Shown here: positions 18,417 through 28,067 of the stretch, piece after piece
How the letters are laid out: each line of letters opens with the position of its first letter
How positions within the stretch are numbered: position 1 is the stretch's first letter
From: Gemmatimonadaceae bacterium
GTDB lineage: Bacteria > Gemmatimonadota > Gemmatimonadetes > Gemmatimonadales > Gemmatimonadaceae
Assembly: GCA_045803545.1 (NCBI GenBank)
Contig: JBJMOW010000004.1
Coordinates: 1,056,001-1,120,000 of the forward strand
Reading direction: 5' to 3'
DNA length: 64,000 nt
The notes under the pieces: generated by a model
Databases searched by the model: none
What the model was told of the DNA's origin: nothing
The model's input: the letters and a program-made list of their open reading frames with translations, nothing else
Program-made: the position numbers and the translations under genes

Positions 18417-19325
18417 ATGGCGAATGCAGCTTCACCGATCGTAGATGCCGAGCACGGGATTCGGCCGAGCGGGTATCGACTTCCGGAAGCGACGCATCTC
18501 GGTCGAGTCCGGTTGCAGGTCGCAGATCTGGATCGCTCGACCGCCTTCTACGAAAAAGTTCTCGGGCTGAGAAGGATCAGACGCAGCGCCGACACCGTGA
18601 GCCTTGGCACGCACGATGAGCATCGCGAGATCGTCCATCTGCACCAGCTAAGCAGTGCGCGACCGGTACCGCGTCGCGGACTCCTCGGGCTCTATCATTT
18701 CGCGATCCTGCTGCCGGATCGCGCTGCACTTGGAAGATTCCTCGCGCACCTCGCCGAGATCGGGCATTACGCCGGCATGTCGGACCACTTCGTCAGTGAG
18801 GCGGTATATCTCACCGACCCCGACGGACTCGGCATTGAGGTTTACGCCGACCGCCCGCGCGACGCCTGGAAGTACGATGAACGGCAGTTGTATATGACCA
18901 CCAATCATCTCGACGTCGACGATCTAATCGGCGCGGCTGGCGGCGAGAAATGGAAGGGAATGCCGGCCGGCACCGTACTCGGACATGTCCATCTGTACGT
19001 GGGCGACATCGACAAAGCCGAAGCTTTCTACCATGATGCGCTTGGGTTCGACAAAGTTGTCTGGAGCTATCCTGGCGCCCTGTTCATGTCGGCGGGCGGA
19101 TATCATCATCATCTCGGAACGAACACCTGGGCAAGCGGTGCGCCGGCGGCGACCGACGCAGACGCACGACTTCTCGAGTGGGAGATTGTGGTGCCGACAG
19201 GCGAGGACGCCAAACGCGCCGCCGAGCACGTGCGCTCGAAGGGCTACCCTGTGAAAGAGGACAATGGCGAATGGATTCTCACCGATCCGTGGGGTACCAG
19301 TCTGAGGTTAATGGCCGAGCGATGA
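18417..19325 (+). CDS. VOC family protein, CatE-like two-domain
   Basis: GLYHFAILLP, DHFVSEAVYLTDPDG, GHVHL, GGYHHHLGTNTW. GGAGGA RBS. Confidence 0.9.
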   Translation: MANAASPIVDAEHGIRPSGYRLPEATHLGRVRLQVADLDRSTAFYEKVLGLRRIRRSADTVSLGTHDEHREIVHLHQLSSARPVPRRGLLGLYHFAILLPDRAALGRFLAHLAEIGHYAGMSDHFVSEAVYLTDPDGLGIEVYADRPRDAWKYDERQLYMTTNHLDVDDLIGAAGGEKWKGMPAGTVLGHVHLYVGDIDKAEAFYHDALGFDKVVWSYPGALFMSAGGYHHHLGTNTWASGAPAATDADARLLEWEIVVPTGEDAKRAAEHVRSKGYPVKEDNGEWILTDPWGTSLRLMAER

Positions 19326-19780
19326 TGCGAATGCGTCGGGTGCTAGGCGTGGTGATGGTGTCGATGCTGGCCGCGTGCGCGAGTCAGATGGGAACCATCG
19401 GTGGATTTCGCTCGTCTTCAGACGCTGCCGCGATCAAGGCAGTGTTTGATACGACGGCCGCCGGTTGGAATCGTGGCGAGCTTCCGGTCTATCTTTCGGC
19501 GTACGTTGACACGGCGACGGCGATGGGATCGACAGGACTCGTCAGAGGCGTCAGCGGGATTGAAGGTCAGATGCGCGCCGGATTCTGGCGGACCGGGCGT
19601 CCGCTGCAGAATTTGAGCTACGACCATTTGGAGATTCGTCCGATTGGCCCCGATCAGGCGATCGCGACCGGGCAATACATTCTGACCGGTGGTGGTCGCC
19701 CGGATCGCACGGGGTGGTTTACGACGATATGGGTAAGAACGCCGCGCGGCTGGCGGATGGTGCAGGATCACTCGTCCTGA
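19322..19780 (+). CDS. NTF2-like (DUF4440/YybH) lipoprotein
   Basis: Lipobox LAAC, GWNRG, GWRMVQDHSS. Confidence 0.8.
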   Translation: MMRMRRVLGVVMVSMLAACASQMGTIGGFRSSSDAAAIKAVFDTTAAGWNRGELPVYLSAYVDTATAMGSTGLVRGVSGIEGQMRAGFWRTGRPLQNLSYDHLEIRPIGPDQAIATGQYILTGGGRPDRTGWFTTIWVRTPRGWRMVQDHSS

Positions 19781-19808
19781 GCGCTTACGTATTCATGGGA
19801 ATGGCGGA

Positions 19809-20645
19809 ATGAAACCTTTCAAGTCCAAGATCTCTGCGGGCCTCGCGTTCGCATTTCTGGCAGTCACTGCGTGCGGCAGCGATTCGACCGGACCATCCAG
19901 TCTCGACGCGGCGTCCGCACTGAAAAGCCTTGCCATTGGTCTACAGCAGATGGGGACCGAGGGCTCGACGGCGACACTCGCCATGGATGCGAGCTTCGGC
20001 GGAATCGCGCCGTTTCTCAGTCAGGTGAATGTCAACATCGATGGATCAGCTCAAACGATGTTCGGGTTTGCGCTTCACGAAAGTTTCCCGGATGGCACCT
20101 GCTGGGAGACAATCTTCCCGGATGTGATTCCGGCTGACCCGGGTATCTGTACGCCCCCGCAGCTCGGAGTGTCCGTGATGCTGTGGCAGTCACACTCGGC
20201 GTCGCAGCCGCCGGACCGCATCATGGTGCTCGCTGGGGATGTAGGCACCAGCGATTTCAACTTCGATCTCGATACCCCGAATCTTCCGGGCGTCGCGCTA
20301 TACCTCGAGGGGCAGAACAATCTCTGGGTGTCGCAGTCGGGAACGCTGACCAGCGCCGTCAGCGCCACTTCGCAAACGTGCGACATCCCGTTACCACTTT
20401 ATGCCAAGAGTGGCCACTGCAACATCGCAACGTTCGACGAGCAGGGCTCGATCGTACTCAATCAGCTCAACGAGCTGTACTCCGTTAGCACCGCTGGTCC
20501 AACCAAAACGCTGACGATTCCTCATCAGACACTGCATGGATTGTGGATGGCCGTCACAGAGGTTCAGCCGATCGGCCTGACTGCGGTGCGAGTTTCACCG
20601 CCGACGCTGTTTCAGCGATTGAGCGAAACGCGGGCTCGGCGTTAG
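19809..20645 (+). CDS. Hypothetical lipoprotein
   Basis: Lipobox VTAC followed by GSDSTGP. Four additional Cys. Confidence 0.7.
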   Translation: MKPFKSKISAGLAFAFLAVTACGSDSTGPSSLDAASALKSLAIGLQQMGTEGSTATLAMDASFGGIAPFLSQVNVNIDGSAQTMFGFALHESFPDGTCWETIFPDVIPADPGICTPPQLGVSVMLWQSHSASQPPDRIMVLAGDVGTSDFNFDLDTPNLPGVALYLEGQNNLWVSQSGTLTSAVSATSQTCDIPLPLYAKSGHCNIATFDEQGSIVLNQLNELYSVSTAGPTKTLTIPHQTLHGLWMAVTEVQPIGLTAVRVSPPTLFQRLSETRARR

Positions 20646-21094
20646 GGTGCCAGTACCAACAGTTGGGCGACGTAAGGTCTAGACGCAGGCGGCTCTGACT
20701 GACGCGGCGTGGGCGCCAGGCTCACAAACCGAACTTTCACGTCGCCGACAGTAGCCTCATTATTCGGCGGCGTGACGCTGATGACTCGAGTATCACGCGG
20801 AGCGCCGTTGCGTGAAAGCGTCAGCTCGATCTTGGCATCTCCGGCCCAGACGCACTGTACGTCCACCGGGCACCGTGAGTCCTCAGTCACCCGGTTGAAT
20901 GTGATGCGATAGTCAGTGCCATTGATAGTCGCGGATTTACCAACCGCGAGATTGAACTCCGCGCCGGGGTTCGCAACAACGGCAGTGTCGACTGTTGCAC
21001 AGCTCGCGACAGCAACGATCATGCTTGTCGCCAACCATCGACCAGCCCAGCGCTCAGGCAGCTTGCGCAGCGTAGATACCCGGTGCGTTCTCAT
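20642..21094 (-). CDS. Hypothetical lipoprotein with DSRCPxDVQCVWAG motif
   Basis: Recurrent bacterial motif DSRCP..VQCVWAG and lipobox VASC. Start uncertain. Confidence 0.7.
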   Translation of the reverse strand: MRTHRVSTLRKLPERWAGRWLATSMIVAVASCATVDTAVVANPGAEFNLAVGKSATINGTDYRITFNRVTEDSRCPVDVQCVWAGDAKIELTLSRNGAPRDTRVISVTPPNNEATVGDVKVRFVSLAPTPRQSEPPASRPYVAQLLVLAP

Positions 21095-21908
21095 GCGGAT
21101 TACGTCGCACGTACATCCAGATCGCACCGCCAATCGCAAACGCCATCGCGATCACCTGCGCGCCCGTAAAGGTCCCAAAAAGGAAGCGATCGTCCTTGGC
21201 GCGCACAAACTCGATAATGAAGCGCTCGACTCCTGCGAGCACGCAGTACAAACCGAACAGCCAACCCTCGGCATGCTTGTGATCGCGGAGGCGCCACAAG
21301 ATCAGAAACATTACGAACCCGAGTGCGACTTCATAAAGCTGAGTCGGATGGACCGAAAGCACCTGACTTGGTGACGAGCCAAGCGGTTGTGGGATGTGAA
21401 AGAGCTGAGTCATGTTCGCCACCGTCGACGGCGGCGCGCCGTTGGGAAAGCTCACTGCCCACGGGCCATTCCACGGCCGGCCATAGTCGTCGCCGACCGC
21501 CCAGCATCCTGTGCGGCCCAAACTGTAGGCCGCCGCGATCGCGGGAGCAGCGACATCGCTGATGCGCGTGAAGCTGAGTCGCTTGGCGCGAACGACGAAA
21601 TAGCAGGCGACGATGCCGCCCATCAAACCGCCCCAGAACACGAAGCCGGCTCTGCTCAATAACGCACCGGAATCGCGCGTCAAAATGGCGTAGTAGATCT
21701 TGCCGCCAAGCAATCCGCCAATCACCGCGGCAAAAATCAGATCGCCGATCGGCTCAGGGTCGTGGCCACGACGCGTGAGCTCCCGCTGAGCGATGATCTG
21801 AGCAATTACGAATGCAAGCAGCACCGCCAGGCCGAATCCTGTGAGCTGAAGGGGCCCCACCTGATACGAAAGTGGCTGGTGTACGATTGAAGCAAAGAAG
21901 TTGTGCAT
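21054..21908 (-). CDS. lgt: Prolipoprotein diacylglyceryl transferase
   Basis: GRTGC, HPTQLYE, RFIIEFVR. Confidence 0.92.
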   Translation of the reverse strand: MHNFFASIVHQPLSYQVGPLQLTGFGLAVLLAFVIAQIIAQRELTRRGHDPEPIGDLIFAAVIGGLLGGKIYYAILTRDSGALLSRAGFVFWGGLMGGIVACYFVVRAKRLSFTRISDVAAPAIAAAYSLGRTGCWAVGDDYGRPWNGPWAVSFPNGAPPSTVANMTQLFHIPQPLGSSPSQVLSVHPTQLYEVALGFVMFLILWRLRDHKHAEGWLFGLYCVLAGVERFIIEFVRAKDDRFLFGTFTGAQVIAMAFAIGGAIWMYVRRNPHENAPGIYAAQAA

Positions 21909-21918
21909 GGGAAGGAAT

Positions 21919-22959
21919 TTAGGCTGCGACCAGTCCTGGGATAGTGCTGCTCGCGTATGCATTCAGATCGAGGCCAGAGCGCTCACCTTTCTGGAACCTG
22001 AAAATTCCGGCGCGCGCGATCATCGCTGCGTTGTCAGTAGCGAGTCGCGGTGTCGGCGTGAACACCCTGATTCCCTCCGGCTCCAGCTCCGCGTGCATCG
22101 CCGCGGCAAGAGTGCGATTGCACGCTACTCCGCCGCCCAGCACAACGCGATTGCGCCCAAATGCCTCGGCGGCGCGCTTGGTTTTTTCGACCACTGTGTC
22201 GATCAGGGAATCCTGGAATCCGCGCGCGATGTCCGCCTTGTCATCGTCAAGGCTGGTCGACGCGCGCACAGCGTTCAGAACGGCGGTCTTCAATCCACTG
22301 AACGAGAACGCATAGTAATCGTCATCGCGCGCCTGTGCATTGCGCCGGACCATGGGGCGGGCGAAACGGAATCGAGCTGGATTACCCTCGCGCGCGAGCT
22401 GTTCGACATACCGTCCTCCCGGATAAGGAAGACCGAGCAGCTTGGCGACTTTGTCGAACGCTTCGCCGGCGGCATCGTCGCGCGTCGCGCCCAGCAGTCG
22501 ATACCTTCCCCAGGCCTCGACATCGAGCAGCAGCGTATGACCGCCCGAGACAAGGAGGGCGGTAAACGGCGGAACCGCGTCGCGGTGCTCCAGGGCTGCC
22601 GCGAAAAGGTGTCCCTCCATGTGATGGATGCCGATCAGCGGAATGCCGCGCGAGAAAGCGAGCGCTTTGCCATAGCTCATTCCGACCAGCAGTGCTCCGA
22701 CGAGTCCGGGAGTATTGGTTACCGCAACCGCATCCAGATCATCCAACCCGATACCCGCTTCAGCGAGCGAGCGGTCTACCACGGGTACGATGCTGGTGAG
22801 ATGCGCGCGCGATGCGATCTCAGGCACCACCCCGCCAAACACGCGGTGCACATCCTGAGACAGAATCACCAGCGATTTCTGCGTGACATCGTCGCCACTT
22901 CCGTCCAGTACGGCCGCCGACGTCTCATCGCACGACGTCTCGATTCCGAGAATTCTCAC
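21919..22959 (-). CDS. tsaD: tRNA t6A threonylcarbamoyltransferase
   Basis: LGIETSCDET, HHMEGH, DDAAGEAFDK, TDNAAMI. Confidence 0.97.
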   Translation of the reverse strand: MRILGIETSCDETSAAVLDGSGDDVTQKSLVILSQDVHRVFGGVVPEIASRAHLTSIVPVVDRSLAEAGIGLDDLDAVAVTNTPGLVGALLVGMSYGKALAFSRGIPLIGIHHMEGHLFAAALEHRDAVPPFTALLVSGGHTLLLDVEAWGRYRLLGATRDDAAGEAFDKVAKLLGLPYPGGRYVEQLAREGNPARFRFARPMVRRNAQARDDDYYAFSFSGLKTAVLNAVRASTSLDDDKADIARGFQDSLIDTVVEKTKRAAEAFGRNRVVLGGGVACNRTLAAAMHAELEPEGIRVFTPTPRLATDNAAMIARAGIFRFQKGERSGLDLNAYASSTIPGLVAA

Positions 22960-22993
22960 TACCCCTCCCGCCTCCCCGCCTCCCGGCTGCCGC

Positions 22994-23545
22994 TCATTCC
23001 GTTCGCTCCGTGAGCAGTCGATCCATCAAAGCCCTTGAATCGGGCGTATTCCAATCCGTCGCCTGCATCAGCTTTTTGCGGATGATGCCGTCGCGGCCGA
23101 CGATGAAGGTTTCCGGATACCCGGTGATGTCGTACGCGTCGACGATTTGTTTGTCCGGGTCGTGGAGAATCTCGAATGTCAGCTTGTACTGTTGGGCGAA
23201 CGTGCGGATCGCGGCGTCGGTTCCCGGGTCGTCGATACTGACGGCGACGATCTTGAGACCCTTCGCTGCGTAATCTTTCTGCAGCGCTTCAATGCTCGGC
23301 ATCTCCACCCGGCAGGGCAGGCACCACGTCGCCCACACGTTGATCATCAACACCTGACCACGGTAATCCGCGAGGGTCTTTGCTTTCCGGGTTGAATCGA
23401 GGGTGTAAGCTGTGAAGTTCGGCGCCTTGCTTCCCAGCTCGACTGGGAAAAGCTCCTTACGCAGATAGTGTGTCGCGCCCCAGGCGATGGCGCCGGCGAC
23501 GCCGACCACCACGGCAGCGATCGCGAATTGCTGCCTGCCCGTCAT
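22994..23545 (-). CDS. TlpA/ResA thiol-disulfide oxidoreductase
   Basis: WATWCLPC, GYPET, N-terminal TM segment. Confidence 0.9.
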   Translation of the reverse strand: MTGRQQFAIAAVVVGVAGAIAWGATHYLRKELFPVELGSKAPNFTAYTLDSTRKAKTLADYRGQVLMINVWATWCLPCRVEMPSIEALQKDYAAKGLKIVAVSIDDPGTDAAIRTFAQQYKLTFEILHDPDKQIVDAYDITGYPETFIVGRDGIIRKKLMQATDWNTPDSRALMDRLLTERTE

Positions 23546-24207
23546 ACCTGAGTCGTGCAGCGCTTGCGGAGCTCGGCGATCTCGGCTTGCGGATCCTTCG
23601 CCGAGAAAATCGCGTTGCCCGCGACGAACGTGTCAGCGCCGGCCTCCCACACCGATTTGATGGTCTTGCGGTCGATCCCGCCGTCTACTTCAAGAAACTC
23701 TTTGCTGCCGTTGGCGCCGAGCATCTCGCGCGCGCGCCGAATTTTGTCGAGCGAGCTCTTGATGAATTTCTGGCCGCCGAATCCCGGGTTGACCGTCATC
23801 ACCAGCAGCAGGTCGATGTCGGCGACCACTTCGCTCACTGTCGATAGCGACGTGCCGGGATTCACAACAGCGCCGGCTCGGCAACCGAGCTCGCGGATGC
23901 GATTGAGCTGGCGCTGCAGATGCGGCGATACTTCGGTGTGAATGGACATTCCGTTGGCACCGGCGGCTGCAAAGTCGTCGAAGTAGTTCTCGGGCTGAAC
24001 GACCATCAGATGGACGTCGAGCGGCAACTTCGTGAGCTTCCGCACCGACTCGATCACCTTGGCGCCGAACGTGAGATTCGGCACAAACCTGCCGTCCATC
24101 ACATCGATGTGAATCCAGTCCGCGCCACCTGCCTCGAGCATCGCGATTTCGTCAGCGAGTTTCGACAGATCAGCGCTAAGAATTGAAGGCGCGATCCGAA
24201 CGGTCAT
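23542..24207 (-). CDS. rpe: Ribulose-phosphate 3-epimerase
   Basis: IAPSILSAD, HIDVMDG, VNPGFGGQ, EVDGG. Confidence 0.97.
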   Translation of the reverse strand: MTVRIAPSILSADLSKLADEIAMLEAGGADWIHIDVMDGRFVPNLTFGAKVIESVRKLTKLPLDVHLMVVQPENYFDDFAAAGANGMSIHTEVSPHLQRQLNRIRELGCRAGAVVNPGTSLSTVSEVVADIDLLLVMTVNPGFGGQKFIKSSLDKIRRAREMLGANGSKEFLEVDGGIDRKTIKSVWEAGADTFVAGNAIFSAKDPQAEIAELRKRCTTQV

Positions 24208-25034
24208 TCGGGGCGCGGGAGGCGGGAGGCGGGAAGCGGGAAGCGGAAGACGGTCGCGGAAGGTGGGGGTGCTGCCACGCCGGTGTCCATTCTCAGTGTC
24301 GGTGGCGGCGGGAAATGAGATACGGTTAGACTCACCGGGCCGCCGGCTGAAATCGTCTGGCCCGCGGCCGGAAGCTGGCGGATGACAGTGTTCTCCGGCT
24401 GCAGCGAGCTGGTGTCGCGTGAGACTCCAGCGATGCGAAGACCGATTTGCTCGACCATCGATCGAGCCTCACCGACGCTACGGCCGTACAGGTCGGGCAT
24501 CTGTACAGTCGCTGGTCCTTTGCTGATTACGATGTCGACGCTGCCTGGCAACTGTACCTGGGTCCCCGCCGCAGGCGAGCTCGAGATGACGAGTCCGCGC
24601 GGAGCGTCTGCCAGCTGCTCGGTAACGTTGCCCATGGTGAGTCCGGTGTTCTCGATCGCGATGCGCGCCTGTTGCTGCGACATGTTGGTCGTCACCGGAA
24701 CTTCGGCCGTCTTCTGGCCGGCGCTTAGAGCGAGCACGACCGTCGTCCCGCGTTTTTGCCTGCTTCCTGCCGGCGGATCCTCCTGAATCACGACGTTCGC
24801 AGGGATCGTCTTGTGAAAGCGAGACTCGCCCTGCTGCGACGGGAACCCCGCCTTCTGCAGAATCGCTGATGCATCTTCGAAGGTCTTGCCGACTACATTC
24901 GGTAGAATTCCGTCGTCGGGAAGCACCTGCGCCGGAAATGCAAACAGAAAAACCGCGGCGTAGGAGATGAGAAATCCACCGGCCGCGGCAATCAGGTATG
25001 GCAACGCGCGACGGGGCGCCGAGCGCCAGTTCAT
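24204..25034 (-). CDS. PASTA-domain protein (3 PASTA) with repeat-derived C-terminus
   Basis: TM segment then PNVVG / VPVTT / MPDLYG repeats. Tail FRFPLPASRLP is encoded by heptamers at 24215-24249. Confidence 0.88.
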   Translation of the reverse strand: MNWRSAPRRALPYLIAAAGGFLISYAAVFLFAFPAQVLPDDGILPNVVGKTFEDASAILQKAGFPSQQGESRFHKTIPANVVIQEDPPAGSRQKRGTTVVLALSAGQKTAEVPVTTNMSQQQARIAIENTGLTMGNVTEQLADAPRGLVISSSPAAGTQVQLPGSVDIVISKGPATVQMPDLYGRSVGEARSMVEQIGLRIAGVSRDTSSLQPENTVIRQLPAAGQTISAGGPVSLTVSHFPPPPTLRMDTGVAAPPPSATVFRFPLPASRLPRPE

Positions 25035-26366
25035 TTAGCTGACCCTGCGCAGCCGCGCAGCGAACGCTCCATCCGTACCGTGACGCTGGGGCAGCGCGCG
25101 CAACTTGCCGTTGTCCAGAAGATCGGGGTGTACCGCTCCGTCCGGGGGCGCCTCGAGCACGAAGTTCAGATTCTCCGACAGGAACCAGTCGATCTGTGAG
25201 TCGTTCTCCTCGGGCTCGAGCGAGCACGTGCTGTAAATCAGCAGCCCGCCAGGCTTAACTGCTTCAGCCGCCGCGGCCAGAATTGTCCGCTGCAGTTGAG
25301 ACATCACTGCGAAGTCCGAGACCTTGATGCGCCAACGTGCATCCGGATGGCGACGGAAGGTTCCGGTCCCGGTGCAGGGAACATCGATCAGCACCACGTC
25401 CACCGGCTTGATCGCCGGCTGCCGTGCGTCGCCAACGAATGGATAAACGTTGAGACTTTCGAGCCGCTTCTGATTTGCGAGCAGCCGCTGCAGGCGAGCA
25501 AACGATTTGTCAGACCCCACTACCCGGCTGGCGGTGCGCGAGAGCTCCAGTGCTTTCCCGCCCGGCGCTGCGCAGAGATCGGCAACTGTCGAACCGGTCT
25601 GGATCGCCGCGTACATCGTCACCAGCGTTGCCGCCGGATCCTGGACGAAGAACAGTCCTTTCTTGAACGCGCCCAGCTCGGTGAATGTCGTACCACCCGA
25701 AATGGCGATGCTGTCGCGTGCATAGGGAGCTTCGGCGACGTGAACGCCGGCAGCTTCCATCATCGCCTCCAGCTGCTCACGCACTATTCCGTATGGCCGA
25801 ATGATGACCGGCGCTTCAGCATTGTTGAGAGTCAGCAGCCGCTCGGTGTCCTGCTCACCGAAGCGCTCGATCCAGCGCGCGATCAACCAGCGTGGATGCG
25901 AATACTTGAGCGCCAGCATGTCGACCGTTTCCCCGGTGGGGGAAGTAGATAGACTCTCTCTTTCGCGATCCGTGCGGCGCAGCACAGCGTTGACGAGTTT
26001 GCTCGCTCCCAGTCCGTGACGTCGCTTCGCCAGCTCCACCGTCTGGGCGATTGCCGCGTACGCCGGCACGCTTCCCATGAACAGCAGCTGATACACGCCG
26101 AGTCGCAGCAGGTCGATGACATCGGGATCGAGGCGTACGAGTCCGCCGCGCACCCGCTCCGAGAGAATCGCATCGATACCAGCGCGATGACGGAGCATGC
26201 CATACACGAGCTCGCGAGTCCAGCGACGGTCCCGCGCATCGAGCGGACCAATGCGGCGCTCGAATGACTGATCGAGGAATTCTCCGCGACGCAGGTCGAC
26301 GCAGACTTCCGCTGCCACCGCGCGGGCGGCAGTGACCGGGCTGGTAGATGTAACGGTAGCGCTCAT
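25035..26366 (-). CDS. rsmB: 16S rRNA m5C967 methyltransferase RsmB
   Basis: NusB-like N-terminus, DLCAAPGGK, DVPCTGTG, YSTCS, DGAF. Confidence 0.95.
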   Translation of the reverse strand: MSATVTSTSPVTAARAVAAEVCVDLRRGEFLDQSFERRIGPLDARDRRWTRELVYGMLRHRAGIDAILSERVRGGLVRLDPDVIDLLRLGVYQLLFMGSVPAYAAIAQTVELAKRRHGLGASKLVNAVLRRTDRERESLSTSPTGETVDMLALKYSHPRWLIARWIERFGEQDTERLLTLNNAEAPVIIRPYGIVREQLEAMMEAAGVHVAEAPYARDSIAISGGTTFTELGAFKKGLFFVQDPAATLVTMYAAIQTGSTVADLCAAPGGKALELSRTASRVVGSDKSFARLQRLLANQKRLESLNVYPFVGDARQPAIKPVDVVLIDVPCTGTGTFRRHPDARWRIKVSDFAVMSQLQRTILAAAAEAVKPGGLLIYSTCSLEPEENDSQIDWFLSENLNFVLEAPPDGAVHPDLLDNGKLRALPQRHGTDGAFAARLRRVS

Positions 26367-27184
26367 GAGCCGAGCATCCCTGCTGTCGGTGATGACGGAA
26401 CTGCAACCTCGCGTCTCGGCATTCTGCCGGCGAGATACGCATTGCGGCCGGATTCGACCGCGGCTCTCATCGCCGCCGCCATCCGCACCGGATCCTGTGC
26501 TGCTGCAATTCCCGTGTTCATGAGGATTCCGTCCACGCCTTGCTCCATCACGATGCAAGCATCAGACGCGGTGCCGACTCCAGCATCGACGATCACCGGC
26601 ACCGAAAGGCGCTGCTTGATCGTGCGAATCGCATAAGGATTGAGCATGCCCAGCCCCGAGCCGATCGGCGAAGCGAGCGGCATCACCGCAACAGCTCCGG
26701 CATCTTCCAGCTTGAGCGCTGTTATCAGGTCATCGTTGGTGTACGCCAGAACCTTGAATCCCTCATCGACCAGAGTTTTTGTCGCCTGCAACAGGCCATC
26801 GGTGTCGGGCAAAAGCGTTTGCTGATCGCCAATGACTTCGAGCTTCACCCATTCATTGAATCCGGCCGCCCGAGCGAGACGAGCGTACCGAATTGCATCG
26901 CCCGCGTTGTAGCAGCCGGCAGTATTTGCCAGCAGGAAATAATGATCGGAATCCAGGTGATGGAGTATTCCTTCCTCTTTCGACCGGTCCAGATCTACGC
27001 GCCGTACTGCGACCGTCACGACCTCGGCGCCTGATGCGTCGATTGCATCGATCATGACCGAGTTGGATGGGTACTTCCCCGTGCCCACCATTAAGCGCGA
27101 GCGAAATTCCCGTCCCGCGATGGTGAATGGCCGTGGATCGGACAGCGTGTGTGCGGCGGGCGAGATAAGGTCAGCGTGTGCCAC
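26363..27184 (-). CDS. thiG: Thiazole synthase
   Basis: SRLMVGTGKY, WVKLEV, PIGSGLG, VDAGVG. Confidence 0.97.
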   Translation of the reverse strand: MAHADLISPAAHTLSDPRPFTIAGREFRSRLMVGTGKYPSNSVMIDAIDASGAEVVTVAVRRVDLDRSKEEGILHHLDSDHYFLLANTAGCYNAGDAIRYARLARAAGFNEWVKLEVIGDQQTLLPDTDGLLQATKTLVDEGFKVLAYTNDDLITALKLEDAGAVAVMPLASPIGSGLGMLNPYAIRTIKQRLSVPVIVDAGVGTASDACIVMEQGVDGILMNTGIAAAQDPVRMAAAMRAAVESGRNAYLAGRMPRREVAVPSSPTAGMLGS

Positions 27185-27186
27185 GA

Positions 27187-27414
27187 TCAGCCTCCACCCA
27201 CGAAGTGGACTATCTCGAGCGCATCGTCTGATTCGAGCGCGAGCGAGGCAAACGTCGAGCGATCCCGGAGAATAATCCCATTGCGTTCGATCACGATCGC
27301 GCGCGCATCAAGGTCGAGGGACGCGAGAAGATCCGACAGCGTCCAGCCGGTTGGGATCCGACGCTCATCGCCGTTCACCGTTATCGGGAAGGCGTCCAAA
27401 GGTGCTACCGTCAT
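27187..27414 (-). CDS. thiS: Sulfur carrier protein ThiS
   Basis: C-terminal EIVHFVGGG, adjacent to thiG. Confidence 0.95.
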   Translation of the reverse strand: MTVAPLDAFPITVNGDERRIPTGWTLSDLLASLDLDARAIVIERNGIILRDRSTFASLALESDDALEIVHFVGGG

Positions 27415-28067
27415 ACCTGAGAAAGATAGCGGCTCGCCGCGAGTTCGGCATTCTCATCATTCCATATTCCGCGAATTGCGGCGACGCCGTACGCGCCACG
27501 ATGGACCAGGGATCGAACGTGCTCCGGCCTGATGCCGCCGATCGCAATTACAGGCACCTTCACAGCCGCGACAACCTCGGGAATGAAATTGTTCTCCCGC
27601 CGAGGCTCGCCGGGGTGGGATGGCGTCTCAAACACGTGCCCGGCCACGCACCAATCTGCTCCCGCCTGCTCGGCGTCGCGCGCTTCATGGGCCGAGTGCA
27701 CGCTGGCGCCGATGAGAAGCGCGGGAGCGATCCGCTGGACGTCGGGAACCGCAATCGACTTATGGGTCAGCTGGACACCCTGGACGCCGCAAGCGAGCGC
27801 AACGTCGACTCGGTCATTTACGATGCACCAGCACTTGGTCTGCTCATGCAGCTCTAGAAGCGCCAGCGTGATCGAGTAAAGGGTCGGGGTATCGAGAAGC
27901 TGAGACCGGATGTGTATGGCGCCTTTGGCTTGCAACACTCGCATGATGCCCATCGCCTTTCGCAGGAATCCGGGGCGGAGCATGATCTCGTCATTGGTGA
28001 CGGCGTGAACGACCGGCAGCTCCTCGATCGGCGCTTTGACGGGTGACGGAGTCGCCGCGGTAGTCAA
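27411..28067 (-). CDS. ThiE/TenI family protein, TenI (thiazole tautomerase)-like
   Basis: IVNDRVDVA, IGASVHS, GHVFETPSH, AIGGI. Confidence 0.85.
   Translation of the reverse strand: MTTAATPSPVKAPIEELPVVHAVTNDEIMLRPGFLRKAMGIMRVLQAKGAIHIRSQLLDTPTLYSITLALLELHEQTKCWCIVNDRVDVALACGVQGVQLTHKSIAVPDVQRIAPALLIGASVHSAHEARDAEQAGADWCVAGHVFETPSHPGEPRRENNFIPEVVAAVKVPVIAIGGIRPEHVRSLVHRGAYGVAAIRGIWNDENAELAASRYLSQV

Noticed and set aside
27187..27414. ThiS as a ubiquitin-like modifier for the ligase
   Set aside because: It sits next to thiG in a normal thiazole context, and PafA-type ligases use a terminal Glu rather than Gly-Gly.
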